Source of the DNA: the human T2T-CHM13v2.0 reference genome, Homo sapiens
Assembly (NCBI RefSeq): GCF_009914755.1
Contig: NC_060926.1
Direction: 5' to 3' (one strand)
Length of the DNA: 64,000 nucleotides
Both the position numbers and the translations under genes were made by a program. The notes below the pieces were generated by a model. That model had not been told where the DNA came from. It saw only the letters and a list, made by a program, of their open reading frames with translations, and did no database searches. This document shows positions 1 through 12,460 of this stretch, in pieces. How positions within the stretch are numbered: position 1 is the first letter of the stretch; every line of letters begins with the position of its first letter.

Positions 1-312
1 AAGAGGGGCCACCTGTTTCTCAACTCCTGACATTGAAAGAACAGTTCTGTGTTCATATTGTCCATAATCCAATGGTTGATTTTATGGACTTGGAGTAATA
101 TTCCAATGCAGTCTTTAATGTTTTGGAACTGAAGATTAATTTTTGGTATTTGGTCCTTAGGCGGAAACCTCTTGATCCTTCCAGCTGCATCTCTCATGAC
201 TATCTTGACCATAGTGATGTCTGTCTTCAGGACTGGCATTAGCAGCCAGGCACAGCCCCAGCATGCTGTCCCTTTTGGTGCTTACCATGCACTGCATTTG
301 CATGGTGGTGGC

Positions 313-826
313 TGTAGGGTATAAGATAAAGGCACCTGATAGCAATAACTTAAACATACCCTTAAAATGATGCTGTATAGCAGATGCACCAGAATGTGTG
401 TTCCAAGCTAGGGAATCTGGGAGTGGCCAACCCAGAGGTGTGTTCCTTATCTATGATAAACCTCTGAGGCCCCAGCCAATCCTGTGGAACACAGGCTATA
501 CAGGAAAGTGAGGCCCTGAGGTTTGGGTTGGATGAAGGTTGCCAGGTGGATGTTGTTAGGGAGAGGGTGTTCAGTGAAAATGCTGCATATAAACTGCATG
601 CTGTTTGTCAGTGGTTGCGGTTTTCCTGCCCAGCCCGCTGCCGCTGGACTGTAGGAACGAGGATATGTTGTCCAGTCCACCACCACTGGACTCTCTTTCC
701 TATATTTAAGCTATAATTAAGCTCCCAATGAAACTCCACATCTTTTTTTGCTGGCTGTAGGTCTCTTCTTTGGCCTCTCAAACCTGGTCCCATCCCTACT
801 GAGGTTAATAGGCGTTTGACTCTACA
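313..826 (+). mobile_element. Solo ERVL-class LTR (LTR47-like)
   Basis: TG...CA termini, TATAAA near 588, decayed polyA signal near 728; 5-bp flanks GTGGC/GCAGC fit a CpG-decayed GCGGC TSD. Confidence 0.7.
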
Positions 827-934
827 GCAGCCTTGCAGCACATCTTCCTGTACTAACTTCTACAGATGACTTTCAGAAGGCCATGCTTTTCTTTAAAAAC
901 TTTCTGCACTTCTTCATTTCCCAGGGGAGCAGCC

Positions 935-1150
935 ATTTAGTGTAGCAATTGAGCCTATGAGCTCTGGTGTTGGACTGCCTGAGAACCCCACTTTGACACT
1001 TACCTGCTGTGTGACCTTGAACAAGTTGCATAACTTTGCTAAACCTCAGCTTCTTCAGCAGCAAAGTGCATATTCAAAATATCACCTACTTCATTGGGTG
1101 CTGTGAGAAGATAATGTACCAGGATAACTCAGCCCAGGTCTGGTAATGCT
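935..1150 (+). mobile_element. MIR SINE
   Basis: MIR core 'gctgtgtgaccttgaacaagttgcataactttgctaaacctcagcttc'. Confidence 0.8.
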
Positions 1151-2147
1151 TGGTCTATATTAGTTATTACAGATTAAATGCATGCCTGCGTCTCTGCTAA
1201 AATATAAGCTTCCTAGCAGCTGTGTGGCTGGCACACAGTAGTACCCGATAATCATGTGCTACATAAATGAATGAACGGATCCATAAAGTCCAAGCTCTTC
1301 TGCTGAGTGTGGACTATCAGAAAGTGCATGGGCTTTTGCTGCCAGAGAGATACAGGTCGATATCCAGGTTTCCTCCATGGTGCCCGCCAGTTGCTTCTGA
1401 TATGTGGCATCTGGGCTGCCTAGGATGTTGAATGATGAATGTAATGTGTTGTGGATGATTATGAGGATGGAATGGGGTTACTCTGTTGTGTCAGGGTGGA
1501 CTTGAATGGAGTCTCCTCCTCCCCAGGGAAGGTCACCTGGGGCTCTGTGAGCTGGGCAGAGCTCACTCTGTGGTCCAGTAAACACAGGCTGCTTTGGGAA
1601 GGAAGCAAATGCGTTCTTAGCAGAACACAACCAGGGTTTTAGTTCTTAGCGAATAGTGTGAAGCTCTGTGAATAGGGGGTCTGTGAAGAAAAGTCATCTT
1701 TGAGCTGTGAGGTTTGATGCATTTTAAAGATTTTTAGCCAAGAACAAGCTGCAACCAGTGTGGAAGTTCTCTCTTCGGCCCTCCCTACTCTCCAGAGGAT
1801 CAGCGCTCACCCACTTTGCTCCAAGCCCTTGAAGCCCCCACACTGGATGCCCTTGAAACAGTGCTTCACTGTCCACATCCCATGGCAGCAGAAACTGCAA
1901 AGGAGCAGAGCCTCAGCATTAAGCAAATATCTATGTCTCAGAAACGTGTCAGAGGCAAGGGAGAACCTGGACCATGATGCTTGCTGAGGGAGAGTAGATG
2001 GTCCCAGAAGTCTGGTAGGGGAACCCTGAGGAGGAGAATTGGGATGAAATTCAGGGAGATGTGGAGAAAGCCTGTGGCAACTGTGGGAATGCTGCTCAGA
2101 TCTTCCTCTGAGAATTGCTGTCCTGCTGTAAGAAAATGATTAGCTGA

Positions 2148-2600
<453 letters not shown>

Positions 2601-2649
2601 TCATGGACATCTTTGCTCCAACCATATCTCCTGCATACTACAGGGCTGT

Positions 2650-3102
2650 CATAGATCAGTGCCTTCACATAAAATTGTATTTTTTCACTTTCATAAGAGA
2701 AGTCCAGAACTGGTATGATGGCTCCATGGTCAGCAGAGATCCAGGCACTGTGTACCTTTTTGCTCTGTAATTTTTATCTTGTAGTTCCCATTGATGAGAT
2801 TACCCCACCTCATAAAATAGTCACTGCAGATATAGCCATCAAATCAATGTTTTAGGCAGCAGAAAAGAGGAAAAGGCAAAAAAAAATGCTTTTTTACAAC
2901 TACATTAAGCCTTTTCAAAGATCTATCCTGGGAGTCCCAGCCCACCCAAATCTTACCTCATCAGCCATTTTTTTGCTTCAAAAGAAGATGAGAAACGTAG
3001 TTTTCTAAGTGAATATGTTACTATACCCAGTGAAATAGAGGTTTTCTTATCAAGAAACAATGAGATAATAGTAATATTTATGCAACTAGCAGTCTTTGAA
3101 CA
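2650..3102 (-). mobile_element. Old MaLR LTR (MLT1J/K-like)
   Basis: Degenerate similarity to antisense MLT1 ('gatggctccatgg...gatccaggc', 'gcaactagcagtct'). Confidence 0.5.
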
Positions 3103-3119
3103 CCTTGCATTTAAGCTGG

Positions 3120-3210
3120 TGTAGTAATCAGGGTTCTCCAGAGAAACAGAACCAATAGGATGGATGGATGGGTGGATGGGTGGATGGATGGATGGATGGA
3201 TGGATGGATG

Positions 3211-3252
<42 letters not shown>

Positions 3253-3721
3253 CGGACAGACAGACAGACAGGTAGATAGAGTGGGGACTTATTACGAGAA
3301 TTGGCACAAGTGATTATGGAGTCTGAGAAGTCCCATCCCATGCCTTCCACAAACAGGAAACCAGGAAACCTGGGTGTAATTCGGTCTAAGTCTGAAGGCC
3401 TGAAAATCAGAGGAGCCAATGGTATAAGTTCCAGAGTCCAAAGGCCTAAGAACCTGAAATTCTGACATGTGAAGGCAGGAGACAATGGATGTCTGAGCTC
3501 CAGAAAACAAAGTGAATTTGTCTTTCCTCTGCCTTTTTGTTCTTTTCAGGCCATCAACAGATTGGGTGGTGCCTGCCCATATTGGTGAAGGCAGATCTTC
3601 TTTACTCAAATGCTAATCTCTTCTGGAAACACCCTCACAGACACACCAAGAAATAAAGTTTTACGAGCTATCTGGGTATCCCTTAAATCAGACAAGTTGA
3701 CACATAAAATTAACCGTCATA
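3120..3721 (-). mobile_element. MLT2B-like ERVL LTR
   Basis: 'cagggttctccagagaaacagaaccaatagg' start and 'caagttgacacataaaattaaccgtca' end. Confidence 0.9.
3158..3280. repeat. Compound tetranucleotide STR (GGAT)n(AGAT)n(AGAC)n inside MLT2
   Basis: Directly visible. Confidence 0.95.
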
Positions 3722-4269
3722 GCTCACTGGTCACCCCAGGCCCAAGACTATGTTGACTGTGTGACTCCTGCACTATCTTCTCTAACTGCCAAATCCAACC
3801 CCTCATCCAAGTATCCAGGCATGCTTCACTTCCTCCATGAAGCCTTTCCTGACTACCCCAGACCAGAATGAACTTCCCTTTTCTGATGCCTGAGGGAAGT
3901 TATTCAGTTGACTACCATTTAACTTTTCATTTATTAGTCCTAGAAATAAGGGATTATCATTACCTCTCAAATCAACAGCACAGTGCTAGGCACAATTTTA
4001 GCTACAGCATGAACTATGTGCTAGATTAATTATAAACTATTTGTAACTCATTTTTTCTAAGTAAAATTTGAACTATTTTTCCCTTACATTGCACTTAAAT
4101 GACATTTTCTTTATCATCTCGGAGTCCCATGAATTCTTCCTCCTGCTAATTCCCATTCAGTTGGCATTTCATCTCACCAATGGACTCTGTGAAACATGTC
4201 ACCTGGAGCTTAGACTGTGTACATGCCCTCCATCCAAGCAGATGCCCTAATTAGACACAGATTTCTAAC

Positions 4270-4748
4270 CTATCTTCTGGCAGGAGGCCGGTAGGTTTCA
4301 TCTTGTGCCAAAAACTTCCAGCTGCTCCCTATTTCTACCTTTCCTCATCAGGAGAACCCTGATTCAAGGTAGGGAGGGCTAGAAGGCAGTGATGCTCCCA
4401 ATCCCCCTTGCAGCCATAGATAGTCATATGACACAATCCTAGCCAATAAGATGTCTATGTGGCCTTGTGACACAGTCCTAGCCAATGAGATGTCTATGTG
4501 GCCATGTGACACAGTCCTACCCAATGAAATGTCTAGGTGGCCATGTGACACAGTCCTAGCCAATGAAATGTCTAGGTGGCCATGTGACACAGTCCTAGCC
4601 AATGAGACCTGATGTCATAGTGGAGTCACAGCCTAGGACTGGCTACCTTCCAAAACTTCACTTTATGTGAGAAAAATTAAACCCCTAAGTTTAGCAACCA
4701 GTGGCCAGGTTTCTGTAACCCTCAGCAGGAAGCCATCATAACTGATAC
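4270..4748 (+). mobile_element. MLT1 (J/K/L-like) MaLR LTR
   Basis: 'cccttgcagc...catgtgac...gccaatgagatgt' module and 3' end 'tgtgagaaaaattaaacccc...taactgatac'; 5' edge uncertain. Confidence 0.65.
4425..4608. repeat. 39-bp minisatellite, about 4.7 copies
   Basis: Unit ctagccaatgagatgtctatgtggccatgtgacacagtc; explains the 13-aa periodicity of ORF 4348..4602. Confidence 0.95.
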
Positions 4749-5352
4749 CCTGGCTAGGAGGGTGTCCCAGCAGCCAAGCATTCTGATCAGGCAGGAAGTC
4801 GTTTGGACTGCAGCACTCTCCTCACACAGTCTTTCTATTCAGGCTTCTTGGAGCTCTGCTTTTTTCACTGGAATTTGTGGCTGTGCTGCTGTTGCCAGAC
4901 CTTCCTCAGACTCTGTAATTTCTGTTCCCTTCAATCTGGCATAATGGATAATAAGTTTTCATTAGTGGTGCCCAAAATGTCAACGACTTACACATTCTCA
5001 TAAAATCTCCAAATGAATGGAGAAAGAACGGTAAACCATGCCTCGTCTAGACTGTAATGAAGGGGAAGCTGCTGAAAATAAGATGCCGTCCAATTACTTT
5101 GTATTTACCAAGACTCACTTTTTAACCTCAGTGTGACATACTTTTGAAAATGGCTGTCATCTCATGATGCTTAATCCGATTTTGGTATGTTGAGAATAAA
5201 GCATAAATCTTTTGGCCTCACTAAATTCTGATAAATACTTTTTTGTTACATTTTCTTAATTATTGTAAGTAGCTGCTAAGAAGACAGAGCTGGCCCTTCA
5301 ACTATCAGAAAAATCTCTTTATTAGCCAGCTTCCTGACCATATTTGGCTGAG

Positions 5353-5458
5353 TGAGGTGACCAATCAGGGGTCCCCATTTGCCTGGGAATGAGGGTTTGT
5401 AAGTATGCAGGACTCTAGTGTTAAAACCAGGAAATTCCAGGGTGGGTTGGTCACCCTA
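5353..5458 (+). mobile_element. MER81-like hAT-Blackjack MITE
   Basis: Inverted ends ggtgaccaa...ttggtcacccta, internal 'gtgttaaaaccaggaaa'. Confidence 0.7.
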
Positions 5459-5564
5459 CCATCCCAAGCCTCTGGAGCAAAAACCACGGAGCAAGCAGAA
5501 AGGGCCCATTGCTCCCCTAAACTACGATTCCCCCTCAGGCCCTTGTTTCCAATGTCTGTAGCAG

Positions 5565-5780
5565 TTATTTAATGAGTATTTTTAACAAGCCTGGGCCTCT
5601 GTTTCATCATTCATGTGCCAGCCACTTGGGATAGAATGGTGAGCAAGAGACGTGAGAACTTTGCCCTCCTAACATCAATTTCAGTAGGGGTGATTGATAA
5701 TAAACAACCAAAAATTAATAAGAAACAAGATAACTCCAGAGTGGTAAGAATGATGAAGAAATACCATAATAGAAGAGGCG
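5565..5780 (-). mobile_element. L2 fragment
   Basis: Antisense L2 3' end 'tgtgccagccacttgggatagaatggtgagcaaga'. Confidence 0.55.
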
Positions 5781-5799
5781 CATGCTGAAGAGGGCCAGC

Positions 5800-5857
5800 G
5801 ACAGTAAAGTTGAGTGGATTTGGGGATTTAGGGACAGTAAAGTTGAGTGGATTTGGG
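5800..5857. repeat. 25-bp direct repeat, period 33
   Basis: gacagtaaagttgagtggatttggg at 5800 and 5833. Confidence 0.9.
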
Positions 5858-6039
5858 AATGGAAGCAAAATTAGGGTGGGCTATGGTCATGGGTCAGGCA
5901 CGGGGGCTGTTTCTCCTCACGCTGCCATGTTCTGGCACAAAAGTCCAAAGAATCTAAAATTTCTGAACGGGTATCTGGCCTTCCTATTTTGTCAGGGTAT
6001 GAAGGCAGAATATATTTTATTTAAGAATTTGCTGACTGA

Positions 6040-6142
6040 GTACACACACACATCTATACATGTATATGTACACATGTATATATTTATGTGTGTATATACA
6101 CAGGCATATGTGTGTGTACACACAGATATATACAAACACACA
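6040..6142. repeat. (CA/TA/TG)n low-complexity tract
   Basis: Directly visible. Confidence 0.85.
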
Positions 6143-6434
6143 CTTTGGAACAATAAGATTAACGGCTGGTTCTGTGGTTGTCTTCTAGCCTCAGAGATCC
6201 TTGAGGATTTGACCCTTGGTCAACATTGCTTCAGGGAATAGCAAAGCATTTGGAGAATGCCTGTACTGGTTCCAGAATGAATGAAAATCCAGCTGAGCAC
6301 TGTGTGCCCTTCCAAGGACCTGAACCTCATTATTGAGACTTATTGAGAACTGAGGAGCCAGTATGGATGAGCAACAGCTGCAGCAGAAAACCCTCCCCAC
6401 CATCTCTGCCATGCAAGTCAGACCCCTGGTAGTC

Positions 6435-6775
6435 CCTGAGGGGGTCCAGGGAAGCTGCCTCTGAGAGGGAGATTTGCATGCAGGAAGTTTCTGGAAGAGG
6501 GCTCCCAGGATCCACAATCCTGAAGGAGCAAAGGTAAGGAGATTCGATAGATGGAGAAAGTGCATTTTGACTCATTTGCAAAAGAGGCCTCAGCTGACCT
6601 GGGAGAGTGAGCGTGATGGTCCTTCAGAGATTTCCCATATTGAGGATGATTCCTGAAAGACAGTCAGCTGTAAGACATCAGCTGCCAACATGGCTGGGGA
6701 AGATGGGGGAAGGGAGGCAACAGGTGCCTTAGTTTTGCTGTGGAAGATCTGGGAAGAGCTCCCCAGAATCCACCT
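6435..6775 (-). mobile_element. ERVL LTR16-like (LTR16C)
   Basis: 'ggagatttgcatgcaggaagttt', 'agaggcctcagctga', 'gatggtccttcagag'. Confidence 0.65.
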
Positions 6776-7114
6776 CAGAGGATATGTGACAAGCTACTTA
6801 TAAATCTGAAGGGACCCCAAAGCTTATGGCTTTCTGTAGCTGAGATGCTCTCTACCTGCTAAGCTCTGTCTCTTGTGACCACCGTGTCATACCATGTTGT
6901 TGCCTGTCCTTGATGCCAGTAAAGCTGATTGGGGCTTGTGAATTTGAACCTCAGTCTGAACTCAAGGCCACTGCTACTGGACAACCCCCAGGAGCATTGC
7001 TGGACTTCACTGATGCTCCAGGCCCAGAGAGGTCAGTGGTTGGCCAGGAGGGTGAAACATACGAGGAGCTCAGTGCACGTCTCTCTGAGGAGGTTATAAT
7101 AAGTGAATGTTCAA

Positions 7115-8125
7115 AGATTTCTGAAACAGGTCACAGAACACGTCGACCATAGAAGAAATGTTTGTTAAATTTGACTTCAGACCTTCCATTTATCAAAAAC
7201 ACTATTAAGAGAGTGAAAAGGCAAGCTTTCTCAGATAGACTGGGAGAAGATATTTACAAAACATGTGTCTAACAAGGAATGCATACTCAAAATATATCAA
7301 GAACTATAAATCAATAGGAAAAAGTGAGGCAATCCTTTTTTCTAAAAAATGGCGGAAAGATTTGATTGGTACTTTATATAAGAGGCAATCAGCCACTATG
7401 CATATGAAAAGATGCTCAACCTTGTTAGCAACAAAATGCAAATTAAAACCATAATGAGATACCTCTACACATCCACCAGAATGGCTAAAATTAAATAGTC
7501 AGTACCAAGTGCTGACAAGGATGTAAGATAATGGGAGCTCTCACATACTGCTAGTGGGATGGTAAATTGGCACAACCATTTTTGAAAAACTGTTTAGAAA
7601 TATCACCTACTATAAACATATCCTTATCTTACAGCCCAATAATTCCACTCTTGATGTATAACCAGCAAATTCCCCATGCAGTGTTATTCATAAAGACCAA
7701 AACTAGAAACCAAATGTCCTTAGCAATGGAATGGATAAACTCTGGTATGTACACACAATGGAATATTACATAGCAAAACAACCAACTACTGTTATAAGAA
7801 ACAACATGGATAGCTCTCACAGTCATTATATTGAACAGCAGAAACTACACAAAAAGGGATACAAATTATACGACTGCACTTAGATGAACTTCAGAAACAG
7901 GCACAAATGATCGATGGTAATAGAGTTCAAAATACCTTTTGGGGAGGGGGCAGATATTGACTGGCAGGAGCACAAGAGAGCCTTCTGGGGGTTGGAAATG
8001 CTTTCTGCTTGATCTGAGTGGCGGTTTTATGGGTGTATATGTATGTGAACATTCATCAGGCTGTATAGTTAAAATACGGGGCCATTTAGTGTATAATGTT
8101 GTACCTCCAAAAAGTGAATTGCTTT
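7115..8125 (+). mobile_element. Old L1 (L1ME/L1MC) ORF2 end plus 3'UTR
   Basis: 'gactgggagaagatattt', 'catatgaaaagatgctcaac', 'ccaccagaatggctaaaatt'. Confidence 0.85.
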
Positions 8126-8145
8126 AATAATGATGATGATGATGC

Positions 8146-8290
8146 AGGAGGAGAAAGAGGAGGAGGAAGAGAGAAAGAGGGAGATGGAAGGAAAGTGAGG
8201 AAAAGGGAGAGGAAGAGGAAGAAAACAAAAAGAAGAGGAGAAGGGGGAGGAGGGAGAGAAGGACGAGGAAGAGAAGAAAGAGGAGGAGAA
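8146..8290. repeat. GA-rich polypurine low-complexity tract
   Basis: Near-pure purine run on the + strand. Confidence 0.9.
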
Positions 8291-8429
8291 CAAGCCATCA
8301 CCATTTGTAAGGTCATCAGGAGGATTTCAGACACAGGAAACAGAACGTGACAACTGCCTGAAATGAGAACAAGCTTGGCATAGACAGCAACAGGAAGGCC
8401 AGATGCAGGCACCTGATGAAGCTAAAAAA

Positions 8430-8690
8430 AGGGGAGAGGGCTGCTCAAACAGGGCTTTATAGGTTATGGAAGAGTTTAGATTTTAAGGGCAATGGGAAGC
8501 AAATGGCCAGTTGTAAGCATGGGGGGTGCATATTACTTGATTTATGGCATTTTTCTAAAATAACCTTGGCTGCTGAGGGAAAAAAAGGGTTGTGCTATAA
8601 GGGGCAACAGTGCATGCAAGCAAGCAGACCATTCATGAGGCTGTTGGAGTTAAAAATAGTGACAGAAAAGGCTGTTAGAAGCAGAACTGG
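8430..8690 (-). mobile_element. L2 fragment
   Basis: 'gagtttagattttaagggcaatgggaagc...aaaataaccttggctgctg'. Confidence 0.65.
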
Positions 8691-8713
8691 TAACAAAGAT
8701 CAGGAGAAGCTAC

Positions 8714-9099
8714 ACTGTACATCTTTCATTTGCCAATCCAGACCTCCTCTCCATCCTTCTCACCCTGCTGTCTACCCCAGAGGGTGCTGTATGGATGCCT
8801 TCAATATGCCCCTGACCTTCTCACTCCTGGTTGGACACAGCAAATCAGAGGGCAGGAGAATGGCATGGACATTTGTCACCCCCAACTCCCTCCTGCTGCA
8901 TTCCCACAGGTCAACTGAGGGTTATATCTCCTACGGGGCAGCCTTTTCCTACAGCTATGCAATCTGGGTTCTTGTAACTGCTCCCACTCTTGTCCCTTCA
9001 GCCTTGCCTACACCTTTGTAAAGATTCTCTTTCTTTAATTATCCCCTATTTCCCTACTTAAGTGTGTCATTTGCTTCCTGCTAAGAGACTGACCGATAT
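8714..9099 (+). mobile_element. LTR33-like ERVL LTR
   Basis: 'ccagacctcctctccatccttctcaccctgct' 5' part, 'tgcttcctgctaagagactgaccgata' 3' end. Confidence 0.7.
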
Positions 9100-9379
9100 A
9101 TGAACTCCCTACAGTATTAAAACATAGACCAATGCTGAATGCAGCAGAATGACTCAGAGTTCAAGAAAAATATAATGTATCTCTCTCACACATGCCCCTT
9201 ATAAAGCAAAGAATCTTCTAATGTATTTTTGATGGATTTCCATCCAAAATGGAAATGTTGCATTTGAAGTGGCAAGAGTTATCTGGAATATTTGTTTATG
9301 TGAAACATTTTATTCTAAGGCAAGGCTGAGTAAATGATTTCACTTACACACTTTAAAGGCCTCCTATGTTTATCCTCAA

Positions 9380-9560
9380 TAGCAGGTCTCACAATTGAAA
9401 TTATTTGTATTTTTTATGCCCATCTTCCTTCTTGGACTCTAAGCTTCATGAAGTCAGTCCACAGAAATGGTTCATGAAGAAATCTGTCTTACTGCCTGAC
9501 ATATCCTAAGACCTAGAACAATACTTGGGCATAGAATTTCATAAATGAATATTGTTGAAT
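9380..9560 (+). mobile_element. L2 3' end
   Basis: 'actctaagcttcatgaag...acctagaacaatacttgggcatag...gttgaat'. Confidence 0.6.
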
Positions 9561-9599
9561 TATGGAACCGAAAGAAAAAAGGCTAAGAGGAAAGAGGAA

Positions 9600-9840
9600 T
9601 GGGGATGGAATTTAGAACCAGAAAATGAGAATGGGGATCCCAGCGCCCCCAACTGCCATTAGGTATGTGTTCTTATACATCTAACTTCTCAGGGCTTTCA
9701 TTTCCATATAGATGTATATAAAATTAGAATAAGAATCTCCTCTCTAATATTTTTGAGGATCAAATCAGATAATACTTATAAAAGTAAATGAAGCAGTAAA
9801 TGAAGCCGCCGTCAACTATGAATATCATTATTATTATTAT
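9600..9840 (+). mobile_element. MIR SINE
   Basis: 'taacttctcagggctttcatttcc...tgaggatcaaatcagataat' and (TTA)n tail. Confidence 0.6.
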
Positions 9841-10398
9841 AATAAAGGCAGCATCAGTGAAGATGGGTCTAGGCTTGGTTTTTATGCAGCACACATCAGC
9901 TTTTGCAGGGCCTGGAAAGTTATTATGATTTTTACTATTTTCATTTAAGAATAATTCAGCTCAAGTGGCTGCAAACCTTGGAATCTGGTAATGTGCATCT
10001 AGGTGTTAAGGAATTCAGACAGCCGTGTACAAAACATGACAAGATAACATGTGCCTTATTCTCCGTGGTTCCTGAAGCAATAAAGCGAAGCAAGAGGCCA
10101 AAAGACACAATCATCTCAGGCAGCTGCAAGAGCATAGCGCACAGTCAGTGCACCTTAACTCTGTTACATCCAAAACACCACTTGATTGAGGCTGTGTAAG
10201 AAGCAGTAAGGTTGAACAAAACCCAAGAAGCAGCGAGTTGACAAAAACAGAGGATGAATCCAACAGTGGAGTCCAACCTCTTTTTAGTAACTCTGAAGCC
10301 AATAGCTTGTCTTGATGTTGCATATGACCATAATTCATGTCTAAATAAGAATAAGCCCTCTCAATTTTATATACACTCTTAAATGTGAGATTTTATAT

Positions 10399-10773
10399 TT
10401 CATTAGTCAGTGTTCTCCAGAGAAACAGTACCAGTAGGGTGTACATAAATATATATAGAGAGAGATTTATTTTAAGGAATTGGCTTATGCAATTGTAGAG
10501 GCCAGCAAATCCAAAATCTGTAGGATGGGGCTGCAGGCTGGAGACTAGGAAAGGGCTGACATTTCAGTTCAAGTCCAAAGGTCATCTATTGGCAGAATTC
10601 TCTCTTGCTCTGGAGAGGTCAGTCTTTGTTCTTTTTAGGCTTTCCACTGATTGGATGAGGCCAGTCCTCACTATGAAGGGTAGTCCATGAATTTAAACAT
10701 TAATCTCACATTTAAAAAAATCCCTCACAGAAGCCCACACAGAATAATGTTCAATCAGATATCTGGGCACTGT
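10399..10773 (-). mobile_element. MLT2D-like ERVL LTR
   Basis: 'attagtcagtgttctccagagaaacag', 'gatttattttaaggaattggcttatgc', 'ctgattggatgaggcc'. Confidence 0.85.
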
Positions 10774-10789
10774 TAGATATTACATCTTA

Positions 10790-11515
<726 letters not shown>

Positions 11516-11963
11516 TAGAAATGTCATTGGATTTAATCCAATAATTTTCTTTATGGTTTTCTAGTTCATGTAGTTAAATCTAACAATGTTTCCTTTATGA
11601 TTTCTGCCTTTATAGGCTACAGTACTTGTTCATTTAGCATGCCTATACCAAATTATGTGTTAGAATATATTTTATTTCATTTAAATCTTTGTATGCCCAA
11701 ACCAAATTATCTGTTGAAATATGCTTTTTTCAGTCAAAAACTTTTTACTATTTCAATCTTTATTTCGTTTCCAATATCCACCCTGATATCAAAAAGTTTT
11801 GATACTTGTCCAGTGCCCTTAAACTTCATGCTCTCACCAAATGCTAAATATGAATCCAAAACTACTATGTCCGTAGTCTCTCTCAAATTTGTTTATTCTG
11901 TTTTCATTATCTGCCACTACCCAAGTGCAGGTCTTCATCCTCTCTCATCTGGTCTATTACATA

Positions 11964-12183
11964 CAGAACTGGGCAAACTATGGCCCTAGGGCCACATTTA
12001 GCTAGTTGCCTGTTTTTGTAAATAAAGTTTTATTGAAACAGCAGCACTCATACATTAATATATTGTCTGTGGCTGCTTTTGTGCTACAATGCAGTACTGA
12101 GTAGTTGCAACAAAGACCATATGACCCTCAAAGCCAAAAATAATTATTTTCTGGTCCTTACAGAAAATATTTGCCAATTACTG
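11964..12183 (+). mobile_element. MER58A hAT-Charlie MITE
   Basis: 'ggcaaactatggccc...tgcctgtttttgtaaataaagttttattg...tacagaaaatatttgcc'. Confidence 0.9.
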
Positions 12184-12460
12184 TTCTAGTTAAACAACCA
12201 CCAACCAACCAACCACCTCACCTTCATTCACCACACCACAAAAAAGTACCATTTTAATATATCATTTTAAAACTTGGATCTAATATGTCACTTCCACAAT
12301 AAAACCCATTTAATGGTTCACCATTGCTCACAGAATAAAGCACAAACTCTTAGCCTTGCATTCAAAGTCTGCCATCACTTTCCTACAGCTGACTTTTCCT
12401 GCTTACCCCTACCATGCTGGAGTGTTCATTTTTCCCAGAAAACACTGCACATTCATGTCC

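Noticed and set aside
4348-4602. ORF with a 13-aa repeat; possible CRISPR-like array
   Set aside because: Head-to-tail 39-bp minisatellite with no unique spacers, inside a mammalian LTR; the ORF is a by-product
8416-9021. Longest ORF (201 aa)
   Set aside because: Runs across an antisense L2 and an LTR33-like element; no recognisable domain
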